From Balanoglossus misakiensis (lineage: Eukaryota; Animalia; Hemichordata): a DNA stretch of 64,000 nucleotides. A program made the translations under genes and the position numbers. Positions 36,901 through 51,900 of the stretch are shown in pieces. How positions within the stretch are numbered: the first letter of the stretch is position 1; the number at the start of each line of letters is the position of its first letter. The DNA lies in assembly GCA_040954595.2 (NCBI GenBank), contig CM082578.2, forward strand, positions 7,549,519 to 7,613,518, in the 5' to 3' direction. The notes below the pieces were generated by a model, which ran no database searches, was not told the origin of the DNA, and saw only the letters and a program-made list of their open reading frames with translations.

Positions 36901-39900
36901 TGCAACCAGCAGGCAACGCGGAGACCGCAGTGCCATGGCCCTCACTTCAAAAGTGAAGTTGCTGCCGGTTGTAAGAATATTTTGGGATTCATATATGGAA
37001 TTCCTACATTTGGTGTGTGTAGGTCTGTCTTCTATTTGGCAAGACTCTGACAGTGTCTTGCCAGTCTGCGGACAATACACAGGCAAGACCAAGAAACGCA
37101 CCAGTCACTCGCTAGATATCTCACATCAGTCATGCTATCACTCATGATGTCAGTCGACATCACAGTAGAAAGACGTCATCAATCGTTACTGTTTGACAAC
37201 AGTCAATTTGAGGTTTTTCAGAAATTTCTTTATGCCTGCCCTGAAGCCCCGCATGCATGTTTCTTGCATCACAATAGAATTTTTGCGTTAGTGATGTGTT
37301 ATTTTGGCTAAGAGGGAGGAATAAAGATGTAAACACAAGAAATTCCAATATACTGCACACGTTCTTGGGAAACACAAATAATACCCAACACATACATATA
37401 CATACACAAACAACAGGTTTATTAAACAGGCAATCAGTGTAATAAAATACTAAATCAGACACAGGACACACAAATATGCAGGGTGGTGATGTAGTATGAC
37501 AAATTTGCGGTTTAATTTCTGGTGTTTGTAATCTCAATTCTAGAAATCTGCATGACTGGACAATGTAGGTCATCATCTATTTGATGCAAAAACTAACAAC
37601 TTACCTTCTTTTCAAACATTGCATCTAGGACTTCTTGCATTTGCTCCTGAAAATTGAAAATAGTTGAAGCATATAATTAAATGGTAATAGTAATACCACA
37701 TTACAACTGGACTGGATGAAAGTCAATTACAGGTTTCAATGTTTAAATCCTAACCTCCTTGCTTGTGTGAAAATAAATGAAGATAATGTTTCATATTTTT
37801 TCGAAAAGCTCTTCCTCCTAATAATTCTGAAATTGCGTTTAATTACATTTAAAGTCCATTTTCATGCAGATAATATAATCACAACAGCAAAAGTGATTTA
37901 ATCAGCATGCAGAAGAACCACTACAAAAACCCTGCCATAACATGATTAACATGGCCATCTGAAACGCAATCTGTTTGTTGCTATGGCAACATCCTAAAAC
38001 TAAAGCCCAGGTCGACATCAATAACACAATATTAAAAAAAACATGCACGTATTGTGAGCCATATTTGGATACAATGATTGCATAAATGCAAATTCTGTAG
38101 AAAGCTTTTTAGTTTTCAGCACGGCTTGGTTCAAAACTCCCAGCCTGACAGGAAAGCAGCTTTATTAGACAGGCAATGATTACTTGTCTGGCAGATAAAC
38201 TACAGCAAAAAAAACAGTTTGGAAAATTCAGGTGTTAAATCCGTTTGTATACAGTGACGCCGATAAGGGCCAGTAGCTGGTAAAAACACCTGCCTATGCA
38301 CTCTTTATCTCTGGTTCTGCAATGCATTTTATCAGTTTCATTTCGCTTTTCAGCAATTCCCCACAAATCCACATCGTACGCATTTCCGCTGGCTAGTTCG
38401 GGAATTGCTGGAGATGCTACATGTACAGTATGTGTCTCATCAACATGGCCATACCGGTCCCATCTTGGAGAATACCGCGATCACAAAGTTGGACAGTGGT
38501 TACTAAGCAACCTGTACGCACTACTTGCTGTTCACCACAACAGTAATTCCGCAAACACTTCAGAATCTTATTAAACGCCGCATTTCTAAGATTCCCGTGA
38601 ACTTTAAATTAAAGGGCGGTTTTGTGTACCGGTATGACGTAGGAATGTGGATCGACCCATCCTATCTGCTTTTTACCATCAAAGGCCCTGTATCTGCTGT
38701 TGAGTTCAATGATAAGATTTCTACAAGTGCATTATCTGCAGATGTTAAATTCCTACATTTATTTTTAAGTGCTTCATGTCAACTCTGACGTCGAGAAGTG
38801 ACGCAGAAATTCTATGTGTTCGGTCACGATCCATATATTCATCTATTCTATAAATGTTTATGTGACACAATTCATGTCGGGATTGTAGTATTTTCAGAAT
38901 AGAGTAGAGAAAATGCACCATTCAACCAGACAAAATTTCATTGATCAAACTGGATGTACCTACAATCAATAAACTAAGCTGAAAGTATTGTGGTGGTATT
39001 TCTTTGGACTGTGGATTGTTAGAATCTTCTCCAAAAATGTTTTACAAATATAAATGAAAAGTGACAGCATATTTTTTTCTCAAAAATAATGTCCTTTGTT
39101 TCCAATGGCAAAAGTGATTGAAAATAATGAAGTTTTTTTTTTTTAAAACCATTAGGCTATTGAATTTTATTTGACTGAGCCATGCAAAAATACATAAAAA
39201 TGTCATTCAGTTTGATTCTATGGGAAGATCAAAGTCAACAGATGTATAGAATGGTACATGTTATTAATTTGCACGACTTTTGTGAAGCTCTTGTGCTGGG
39301 CATCAACAGACAACATTGTTCCTGACACTATAGTACTGATCATGATCTACATCAAAGCATAACTTGAATTAAGTTATATCATTCCATGCTTGGCAGTAAT
39401 GTAATGTAATGTCACACACTGGGAATGATAAATGCATTCGAGGACTCCAAAGATATGCAGGCTATGCATGATGAATGTCTAGCATTACTGCCATAGCATT
39501 TTATGTTGTATCGGATTGTTACAACAGTCTTTCTCACATAAGTGAAATGTCTGTAGATCTGGTGTTGGAAACAGTTGCAGTTTCTGAGTCTACCCCAATA
39601 AACCAGGCGGACCCTTTTTACAAAATGACAGGGTTAGAGTCTTTTTAGATTGGGATTGGGTATAAACTGAATGAAACAGCAAAAAATCTATGAGCAAACT
39701 AAAACTGCATAGTCATGCCTTCCGAGATCTGTACCGATATAAGCAAGTACCTGTTTTACATTTGGTGGTGGAAAGTACAGCACCATGAAAAGTTATGATA
39801 TTCAAGGGGGGGGGGGGGGGGGGGGGGTGTATGTGTACATGTATGTCATCGTCTTATCCATCATGTCTCTAAGCAGTGATCACTGCTTAGAGACATAATG

Positions 39901-42900
39901 GATAATGACGGTGGAAAGACATATACATGTAGTATACCGTACACATCACAATTTCAGGGGAAAAGATCGTTTTGCCCTCCCAAGTATACACTCACAAGTG
40001 ACCCATACAAGTCTTCCGTAGCCCTAACAAGCGAAACCAAACAGCACAGCACTAATAATGTCTGCAACACACAGAAGCCAGTACATCACCTACTTCAGCC
40101 ATCTTGTGCTGGGTGCCGTGGGAGCTTAGAAATAAATTGAACATCTCGGCTTACAGGAAATGTAATTTCAAAGGTGAGCACGGGGTTAAACGCAATCATA
40201 ATTTGCAGTGAATGAGCCCCGACTTGGCAATGTTCATTTCGCACTGATGGGCAAGTGAGGTAGGCAGTAAAAAACAGAAGAAGAACGAATTCTTCAATTT
40301 TGTTTTCCCTTTTACGAGATTACAGATATTATTCCAATCATATTATGATATCCTGCCAAAGCCTACGTGACACTACAAGCGTAAATGGTCATTCCTGTTA
40401 TCTCCTACGCAGGAATCGCAAATTGACAATGAGGGTACCGTGAAAATATTGAGCATTCAGTAGCTCTATGCATCTGGCATTTGTGTGGGGATGTCAAATT
40501 AGCTGCTTTGATCAGCAAGGATCGAAATTGAGACCCCTGGCAGTAAAAAGATGCCCTGCTGAGCTGGGCCACTTTCTTTATGATCTCCATCACGATCTTA
40601 TCATCTTTTTTTTTCTCTTTTCTGATCCAAACAAAAGCAGACACTTCCAACAATGGGAAGTCGTCACCGCCAGTGGACACATTCCGCAGACCTGCAGTGC
40701 AGAAACACGCCTGGACAATGGAAAGTATCCTGACTACCATTGCCAAGGCGCGCCGTACACACCGGGCGAGGAATCGCTGTTAGTGTTTGGTTGCCGTGGA
40801 TACAGTTTCCCGACTATTACCGGTGGAGAGTGGCCATGGAGTGATGCATTCTGGTGGAAATGAAACAAACATATTCGGAGGCCACAAATGAATTGTTTCA
40901 CCAAACAATTTGGTTTGCACGTTTGCAGTGCTTCCATGCTGTGCAAACTTTTCGAAGAAATTGGCTTTGCTGTATTTTCCTGGTAGTGTCATTCTCAGCT
41001 GACTGGGAAATGGTTACCCATGGCATGCTCCACAATCTATACATTTTATCCAGGACTTAACCACAAAAAAGACATCCTTATTTCAAGAACTATGGGGGGA
41101 AATTAATCCACATAAAATTTTGACAGGGGACAAATAATGATTTCTCTTCAATATGAACACATTTATCCCAGGGTGAAAAACAAAACTGGCCACTTGCATG
41201 TTGTATTTCTACATTTAGCAATTTCATGGAGGTCATTTGTTTTTTGAACATCATATGGTTTAATAGGCCAAAATTAAAGTCTAGCATTGAAACAACCATG
41301 ACACTGCTCCCTTTTATAGACAACATCAACAATCCTTTGTTAAAAGTTAACAAGAATTCTTATTCAGGTCAAGACATCATTTCATTTCAGATTTGGTAAA
41401 TTGAAAAGTTCACCGATGTTATCACTCCATTACCTTGTGAAGCTGTAAAAGTACTGCAAAAACAATTTAGATGGAAGCAAATCCTGGGAGAGGACCTGCC
41501 AACTAAAGATAGAATCAACATACTCGGTCGGGTTGATGACCGTAAAGCCAGTGTAACCTCTGCAATATACGCTCACCTGGAGCTTCATGGAGGTTTTAAA
41601 CAGAACAGACAACCTATTTATAATTAATCAACCCTCAAAATACCAATAAAGATCAGCATCATCTGGATAATTTTCTTTTCGTGGGTACAGGAGGTTCAAT
41701 TACTGCCCCGCGGCAGTTTTTTGGCTGGATTTAAATCTTCTCTTCGTGATTGCTACCGGGCAGGGAAGAAAATGCCAAAGTTTAACTACCTAAATGTACA
41801 AACTGTCTTACCGGGTCCAGGGCCCTGAATATAAGAATATTTTTGACTGCTGCTTGAAGACGTTTCCGCTGGTCATCTGACTTGGGGAACACAACCTGCA
41901 AGGAATGAAGGAAAACACGTCAATATTTGCAGTTTACTGAATTGTGGTAGCCTGTCATAAGAAAATAATTTTAAAGGCCCAACATCAAAGAAAGACCTCA
42001 ATAGACAAAAAAGAACACATTTCTTCTTAGGGATTTGTTGGCAAAGAAACAGAGGCGGCGAGCAAAATTATTGTTTTTTTTAACTGACCACTAGAATTCA
42101 GCAAGCCATTACCTACATAGAAATCGTTGCATCTTTTCAATGGGGCCAGTGACCGAATTATGTGCAATACACCCACTAATGCATGATCAAACAGTGACCT
42201 TTGGAGAGATCCTGAACAGTTTGTTCAGCAAATCTTCAATACAGCTGCGGCAAGATCGTGATGCAAGTTTAATACAAGTTTACAACGGAGAAGGAACAGC
42301 ATTTGACAGGGGCTGAAATGTACTTAGTAAAATGAAACCAACAAACGAATCACTGCAAAATGAATAATTTAGCCCCTTTCATCCCCTATGGCTTCGGTCC
42401 CTCTATAGAGATCCAACTTTACCATAGAAACAGTGGGTTCAGACCAAACCATCGGTGGTAAAAGGGTTAGAACAGGGTGGAAGAGAGAGAGTGTGAGAGA
42501 GAACAATGTGAGATCATAAATTGAAAACAGAAACATTGCCTAAAACAGTTGGGAATTGGCTTTCTGCTTTAAAAGGAACACGATGTATACTCGAGCATCA
42601 AAGAAACAATTACATTTGACATTTTCAGTTTAAAACCGTCTGATTACTGGTATCTGGGTATCATCTTTTATCAGCCAGATTACCATCACTATCGAACATT
42701 TCAGCTTCAGAGTGTAATGCACTGAGATGGCGTATCTTTCGCTGGTAATCCCTTAGCTTGGGCATGACATTTAGGAAACCTACACTACAGACTGATATTA
42801 AAAGCCAGCTTCTGTGGGCTAAGCTGACCGGCTGAATTAAAAGGGATTGAGCTGCATTTTTGAGCTTAATAAGATCTTCAACTTCCACTCTATACATGCA

Positions 42901-45900
42901 TATTGTTCAAACCCAGATGTTTTCCCTGTATATTTCTCCAAACCTAATTTCCATCTACTCAAAACTGGTACAAAACCCAGTTTTCAGTAGTGTGGGTGGA
43001 CCCATGTAATTATTACACAGAAACTGGGGTAACAGATGTCCCACAGATCGTACTTCAATTCAACTCAACAACAACAAAACTATCATGGACCATGTTAATG
43101 AATAGCAAAATACAGAAAATTGCTGACTACACACTTTTCTGTTGGATATCCATATTATAAATCTTGATCAGTAATTTAATTAAGCTGTCAAAATGTGTGA
43201 GAAATTTGACTTTTAATGTGTGTTTTTTTAATTCCCCTGCTGGTAAATTAACAGCTAATTGTTGCGAGTCTACATGTATGAGTCATATTGGCCTAGTTTT
43301 CCCTTCATCCACCAATCAGGTACGTGCATTTGGCAAACAACACAGGTATAACTGTATATGCTTCATTGATTCATCAGCGTGGCATTCCAGCCCTGTTTTC
43401 CAGGTTAGGTCAAATCTGATGGTCTTTGCATGTAGCAAGGGGAATGTAAATCAATTAGTATACAAATTAACTTTCTTGGAAATGACATTTTTCCAGGGCT
43501 GATTAAAAATTCCAGGGCTTTCCACAAAAAATTCGAGAGCAATAAACTCTGATGTATGGAAAAGGATGTTTATAAAGTAGGTTGGCATACAGTATATCGG
43601 GAGTGAATTTAATTTTAACCGGAATACAAACATCTGCCCAGTGATGGCTATTCGCAGCACATCGCAGGCACCTCAATGCGTTTTACCCATGTACACGTAG
43701 AAATGAATTATAAATCATGCCAGTTCCCCCACTTCCGTCCCTTGGGCCCGGAACGCAAGCATTTATTAACTACATAGCTATCTCATTAGCAGTTACACGC
43801 TTTCAACAGTAGTATCAAAAATAATTACATGATAAAATTATGAATTTATGAGGTCGTTTCAATCATCACGTTTCATAATTTATTTGCCGATGACTGTGGA
43901 AAAACTCATTAATTTCATAATGGTGCAAAGCCATGAACTTAAGTCTGCCAATACACCAAACAGGCATAAAATATTGACTTTTCTATGATAAATTTTCTAG
44001 AACCTACAGAGACTGGTTTGTCCATACTAAACTGCACGTACCTATTTAAACCCCCAGCCATGGTATTTATCATTTTTTGTTCAGCCACAGTATTCATTTG
44101 TCATTATGCATGAACCAAACATATTGTAGAATGTTGCCAGTCTATTAACTTTTGTGAAATAGTTTTATAGTACAATATGTTTTATATTTTATATTTCCAA
44201 CTAATGGGGGCTTATGAAGATTTGCACACTAATATACGCGTAAATGATGATGATACTTGAAATGTAATCCCTGTTTATCTATATATTAAATTGGCTCACA
44301 TGAAACATTACGATCAGTCGAAGAATATTCTCCCCTCCAAGCTGTTCCTCTCAGTGTAAATGATATATTGATAGTGATCAGCATCAGGATCAGGTGGAAG
44401 ATTAAATTAGATAGATATAAATTGATGATTATATGACCAAATTGATACAGCGAAGACCTACAATACTGGAAAAATCACACAATTTGCTCACAATCTCTAC
44501 ACCGACACTAAAAATCGTGCATCTTCAAAAGTTGCGTGTCTACGCTTGAGTCAGGATGTTGACAAAAGAAACACCAAGAAGGGCCGGTTTTCTTGATCTC
44601 TTTCACCAAGAATGAGAGCAATCTGCTCATGAAGACATGCCTGCAACCATCAGTTAGATCCACTAATTCAACATGTGCACGTTATTTCAAACCTGAGTGG
44701 CCCCCTTTCCATCGCTTATATACTAATAGTGCAATTGAACCGCCGGCGGGGTATAGCTTTCACTCTTCAATGATAAAGTTCTTGACTTGGGGGAGATTTT
44801 ATCTTCTTCTAGCTTTTTTTCTTTCCATTCAGCCAATCTAGATAACGCTCATTTCATTCTGTTTCAGATCTACCTTAAACATTTCGGCAGAAACTATCGT
44901 GATCATTGTGAGCTGCTGTGTTTGACTAGTTTCAGTGTAGGACCATCAACAAAATGCCTCGCAGGTATTTGGCAAAGAGAAGATGCTAAATACACCGGTA
45001 CTACGGTCAGGAGAGTTGTAGCGAGCCTGCAGTTAATACAACTAAGATGGTTTTTATTCCAGTTCCTTAGTTCTAATGCCAGAATTTCGCAGTGGATGAA
45101 TCAAGCAAACCAATTCTGCAGCGTCTCAATTTTAATTCCCTACACCTACCCAAACTCCCTGTGCGAACATTCCCTGCTTGGACACACCACCATATTCAAA
45201 TCAAGGCTCGACTTGAAGAATTTTAATAAACTGGCCACGACAATCCTATTATTTAAAATTATAGTGTACAGCCAGTCAATTTATAGGTTTAACTATCGTC
45301 ATGCCTACAGAATAAAAAAATCTGTAAAATCGCCTTTGGCAGAATAAAAAAAGTCACTCCACACTACTTAAAACGGGACACTGAGACCACAAGGTTCTCA
45401 TTTCATGGCAAGCTCGTAAAAACATTTGTTCAGTGGAAGGTCTACTCTTCCTTTTTTCATAAACAGTACACAAACAATCAGTCGGGACACAAAAGGTGAA
45501 CAATTGACCTCCCCGGGTAAAGGGGTTTAAACTCCAGCCACCATTGTGTCACAATAATTGTTGATTCTTCTTTTCAATTGGAGGGGAGACTGACGCACTC
45601 TCCCGCTAATGACCCAACACTCACGCCTGAAGTGTTTCATACCACTACACATGTTTCCCAGACGACATTTGAAGAAATATCACGAACTGAAGGCGAAACA
45701 ATCTCAATAAAATGAAATACAGCCTTGGCAGTAAATCTCCTGTGTCAGGGGTGCATTTATAATGTACGGCTGCATTACATTTTTTATACCTTTGACAAAT
45801 GACGTACATCATGCATGAGACTTGCCTATTGCTTTTCATTAGCTCATACTAAAAGGCTTGGCACTCGTCCCGGCGAGCCCGTTTAAACTTGGTCTGAGGT

Positions 45901-48900
45901 GGAATTCCCTTCTTCCCATCACAATGTGACCTACGTCATCCTTTTATTATCCCAATCGAATTCTGTATCCCTAAACAGAGGGCTCGGTCACACCCCACAG
46001 AACTTCGGCGGTATTGTTGGGGTCAACGGTGTGTGAGCTAATAACTGTTGCCGAATGATTGATTTGGCAGTTGGGGTATTGCAAATAATCAACCACAGAT
46101 GCCAGTGATGCTTCTCAGATGCCAGTGATGCTATTGTTGCGGTCGCGACTTCTGATGCAGAAGCGTTGGGCCACAGAATATGCTACATAACAATCTTCAG
46201 GCAATACATAATCAAGTCATTAAACATAGAATCAGTCCACTGTTCACTTCACTGACAATTCTCGCGGGATATATGATGGGGACACGAGTCTTTGATTTCT
46301 GATAGAACTTAGACGGGATTTACCAGATTTAAATGCACTGCTGCTTTTTTTTAAGGTCACAGATCAATATGAAAACTGTGAGCTCACCCTGAAATCAATC
46401 TTCACTATATCACATGACGCATAACAACGCTTTCCTGCATCACAATGAAATAAGATTTCTCTGATGATAATCAATGTGGGGGGAAAAATCCAAAGGTTTG
46501 TTATGTTTAAAGACTTTATGCATCACATAATCTAAAGTTGTTTTTTGATTTTTATTCTAATACAAGCTGAGATTGATTGAGGGGTGAGCAATGAACTGGA
46601 GTTATACATGCGTATATTACCATAATCCTGATGAATCCATTTACCCCTATTTTTCTACTGTTAGTTTGATCCTCACCACGTACAACACTATGGCTGTACC
46701 ACAACCCTGTGACAGTCTGTGAGGGATTGTATGCTGAGATATACACTAACTATTGTAATAATGGGAATTGTCAAAAACTGCGGTTTTCTTTTCTTTCCTA
46801 CATTACAGAGAGTTTCAGCTGAACGAACTCCACATGACATTCATCAGGACATTCTCCTATTTCTACATGTAGTCGTTCAATTATCATAATTGAGTTAATT
46901 TATTTGCTTTTATGTGTTCAGTAAACGGCAATTTCTTTAAAAGTTGTCTGTCAGAATATGCGAACAAATTTTTTTAAATAATACAACAATCCTGGCTGTA
47001 ACAGGCAAGCACCACATTCACAGTCAGGCCAACAGCTTTCCTAATTGCCAAGTCTATACAGAAGGTAATCATTTTTTTTAAATTAATGACAGTAATCAAA
47101 TTGGAACACATCTACTGACGGTAATTGATTGCTGATAGGCCAGCTGTTTCAAACAATTTTTCAATGTGTCTCGGCTTTTCAATTATGTCATTATACACTC
47201 AATCATAAGGCAAGACAGGCTCAAAATGATTCCCTATGCATCCCTGAAGATACTGCTATTTAGTATTATGTGAAATCTGCAGAAAGTGGCAGTGAAAACC
47301 ATGCTTTCCTGTGAGACTACAACAGTAAGCAGCTTTGAATAATCCCCACAGCCATAGTTGGAAGTGGGCCAAGTACAATGATATAGTCTTCCTTCATATC
47401 CCCCCCCCCCCCTCTCTGCATAAAGATACGCCTTGCTTTTTCCAGGAATTATAGTCAATTTAGTATAAAATTTATCGACATCAAAAAGCATTATATTGGC
47501 TACTTACAAGAATAGGTTAATTTGTAATTTTTCCTAGTCCTAAATCAATAAAGCCTACAGCAATTTTTTTAATAAGTCCTTCCACATATCAATATTCATT
47601 TTACTAAAAATATCTGATCATATTACATATCATGAGCAAATTGTCGTATTGCAGTCGTAACAATGCTGCGTTGATTCATTCTCAGACATATAGGTTTTGT
47701 GTTCTCACTAGAAAATTGACATGACAGGCAAATTAAAAGGGATGGTCAATTTACACAGTTATTAAAAACCAAAATTAAAAGGCCATTATTGTTAATAATT
47801 ATTGAATGACAGTTCAATTCAACAGATTATTATTATTCTCCCCTCCATGACTTTGCTAAGTAGGCTATTTTCATGACCCCTGTGTGACCTTTACATCCTG
47901 GCATTTTGTTGGAACGATTAACTATACTAGTGAATTTGTGCACTGTATCTCATTCTAGGGTTCATTTTTCCCCTTGGAAATCTGACACATGCACTCTACC
48001 TTTCCAGCAAATTACAGGTATATTTCCATGTGATTTGCATATGAAGTGACTATTAATCTCTGATACCAGTACTGATATTAACGATGCAGTCTCCTTATTC
48101 TATTCGACTCTAAATTTCACTCAAGCAATTATGGATGCGTGTGTACAACACAAGCTTGTTCGTTGAAACCCAAGAATTTAATCCTCAGCTTCCCTTTTGC
48201 CTGAACAGGCTATTTCAATTACTGGTGAAAACTGACAAAATCACTCCAATAACCACGTCAAATCAGAATGCTGATGGCACCGCGATGGATAGCCTCTATT
48301 GAACCCGCGGCTGCGGTTCCATTTAAGACACGAAACACTTCTCAACAGGGTACCCTAGAACTTCCTGCCAAATTTCACATCATGGCAATGCGTAAGTGCA
48401 ATTTATTCCCTCGGCTGAACCTGAAAAGCCTTTTCAGGTGAGAGCAGCTGGGAATTCCATGATGCATGCAAATGTTAGTTATTTCATGATGGTATTATTT
48501 CCACATGTCCCTGTACAAGACATGAAAATTTTGTATGCGTTTATCGTGTGCAGGTAAAAACAGACAAAAAGCATGACAATTTGACAGAAAGTTGCCTGCT
48601 TTACCAAATTTTGCTCCTGATGATCTAAACATCCACAACACAATCTGAGATAAACTTGTTCTTAATATATACAGTATAAAAATCAATTTTTTTAAAAAGC
48701 TGTTTTGAACTGGCTGGAGATCATAAAACAAAACAGGCAGACCAGACGCGTCAGACAACCTTATCCTCCATATTTACGTACGTGTAATCACACAGATTGA
48801 AACCTGAAACATCGCCTTCTCCGATGCCCTTATCTATGACGTCAACAAACCACCGATGACGTCATGCGTGACATGAGCTGGAGTGCTGTAAAATATTACT

Positions 48901-51900
48901 GCTGCGACCAGCCACACGAAAAAAAAAAAAAAAAAATTACTTTCGCAGCAACCATACTTGAGAAAATGAATCCTACTTGGATGGTACACAAATCTGAATG
49001 AATGACGTGGTTGTCTGTCGGATGCCACGTTGAGTGTTTTCTCGTCTACTCGACTTGCCACCGTGGCAGACAGGTGGAAAAGTCTCATTGGACATCTTTT
49101 ATTTTTTTCAGTGATCGAGTGGATAACAGAAATGTTAGTTTCCTGCTTAAGGTTGGGTGACATCACAGAGAAAACCTGCAACATCTGGCGCAGCATGCGT
49201 TCTGAAGGCCACGTCTTACAGATATTGCACCATATGCAACAGTATACCATTCTCTAAAACATGTGATGGTGTACATAATCTATGAAAATTAGACCGCACT
49301 ACAAGTGGGATGCACAGTTTCCATCTAATTTTTTATTTCGCTTTTTACAACAGATAATCATAACATATTATTGTTCATTTGTTTTTCCCCCATTATTTGA
49401 ACCTTCTATAATTAGGGAAATGCATATGGTTAGACAATAAAAATACACCTGTAATTGGTTTCCCTAGGTGTCGTGGGAATGTGCCAATATGGTTTCTTCA
49501 GACTTAAAGTTTTAAACATTGATAGAAATTGCTTGGTTGCTCCCCCCCCCCCCAAGTTGTAAATGTTCCCCATGAGGCAAAGCACAGCAATATAATATCA
49601 GAGAACTATTCGATATGGCCGCAGACTGATACCTCTCCGATTACCTGATGTTCTGGGTTTATGAATAAATCATTCAGCAGTGTCGTGTTCCGTTCGTGAT
49701 GCAAGCTGCAACGGACAACACCGTCAACTGCCATAATATTGAAATGCAAGATTTAAATGAACATACTACTTTATGTGAATTCATGAAAAATTCAGGATGT
49801 ACCGTAAGAGTTACATGTAATGTGCCGGGTAGGTTATACTGCATATTTGTTCTATGACTATGTAAACAATTGTGGTGTACATTATGCTACGAGGGTCTTC
49901 CTATCAAGTATTTTCACCAAAATTTCAATTAATTAACAGTAAACGCATCTGGCTTTTTTCACACCATACAGTCACCTGTTTGCCAGTTTTAGAAATTCTC
50001 AGTTCCGGAAATGAGAAAGGCGCACACCCATCACAGCAGTTTGTGCCGGTAAATTTCTGGAGGTCTTCCATTTAATAATAGTGACGTTTACATTGCACCG
50101 CAGATTGCCTCATCTTTTCAGCTGCAGAGTTTAAATTATGGAGACGGTGCAAGCTACAGGCTAGTAATTATTGAAGAGTAGACAAGATTTGCTGTCTGAG
50201 CAAGTTTGGCCAAATGAATAATAATGGGGCCTCACGGATTGGGTTTCTGGGGGAGAAACTCCCAAAGATAGATGGGAAATTCATCATTTCTGGAGCCCAT
50301 AGGTGGGAAATTTATCACTGCAGGAGCCTTAACACATAATTGATGCTTTTAGTGCTGGCAATAAAGTCTGATAGATTGCATGAGACAACACTCATCATAT
50401 AGACTATATTCATTCAAATTAAATGTGGCATGACTCAAAAAGCTTTGTATTTTAACTTTCATAATTGTCACAGATATTCATGTCAGATGTGGTTGGTGAC
50501 TGGCGGAAGGGTTGAAAGATTGTCAGTTGATACACTTTTCATATCTAAACACATACAAGTTGTATGTTCACATCAAAGCGTGGCTTATACACCGTGGTAC
50601 ATTACTTTTTACTGCTTTTGCCATAAAAAATCAGCTTAACAATCACAGGCCTAGCCTCCTATAATAGAGTCACTTTATAGTCTGTGTCAACGGTGTACAA
50701 AGAACGACAACAAACCAACCCAATAAGCCATTGTCAGTCCTTCTTTATATCCTGAGCAAGGATCCTACTACATTGTACGATACAAATTTGTTTCAATAAT
50801 ATCATTTGAAGAAAGAAATTTGTGGCACTCACAGTCTAAACCTACCATCACCACACAACCCCCCACCCCCAGTACATATCATACAGCCGGACCTTGGCAG
50901 ACTGAAGCCAAGATACAATGTAGTCTGGTGCCTGCACCGGGCAGCGCAGAATATCCCAATGTGGATTCAAACATGTCATTCCATCGCAACTTGAGGTGAA
51001 CAGGTTAAGGTCGACATCACTGTCTGATTTCCTATTATCACTCATGCCTATATAAATAATGCTACGTAAAACCTAGACAGGTACTCAGCATAAAGAGAAA
51101 AAATTTCATCTGTTTCCTTTTCTGCAATTCCTTTTGTGAAATGCACGCCGCTGACTGAAGAACATACAAAAACCTTGAAATTTAAGTAAGTGGTTTTCTT
51201 CGGTAATCACAGTGAAGGGTGAGAATTGTATGATCCCAATCTGAAACTGTCAATTTCTAAACAAAATATGTGGGTGTGTGTTTGAATAAAAACTGAGTTC
51301 ATCTTTAAATGTCACTCCATACAAATCGCACAGAGGATGAATGGGAAATGGAACCATTTCACAAATGTATATATTGCTTCACTGATCTGCCACTCGTATT
51401 TTCCCAATCAATACTGGCTTTTGTTGAAATTTCTACAGTATGGCAACATCTGTGATGCATTGCTGCATTTAAGTTTGCATTGATGAGAATATTTCTGTGT
51501 ATATTTCTTACTTCAAATCCATATTAATTCAATATCCTGATTTGGTCAATACTGCTGTTGAAAAAAACTTCCCACAAAAAAAAAGATTACCCATTCGTTT
51601 TGGCAACAGAGAATCTTCAAATTAATATATTTTCATTGATTATCTATTATTATTCTGGAGAATTATTAATCCACAGTGACAGAGAGATAGATGTGGCACA
51701 GATTGTGGACTTAACATTTTTTTTTAAATGAATCAAATCAACCATAAAAATTGATATCTGAATTTTTCTTTTTATAACCACCATGATTTATATGTCACCA
51801 TTTTTTCAATTAGATTCAGATTATTGGCGAACAAGACCTCTCCTTATCCCGTGGTGAAATACACAGCACAATGCTGGCATCCTATTGACAACTGTTGACT

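Noticed and set aside
44787-45347. 186-aa + strand ORF inside PKA-RII intron 3
   Set aside because: Non-ATG start, no recognisable motif, intron-like composition.
46096-46132. CAGATGCCAGTGATGCT repeated twice
   Set aside because: Simple 20-bp-period local duplication; two units only, not a CRISPR or satellite array.
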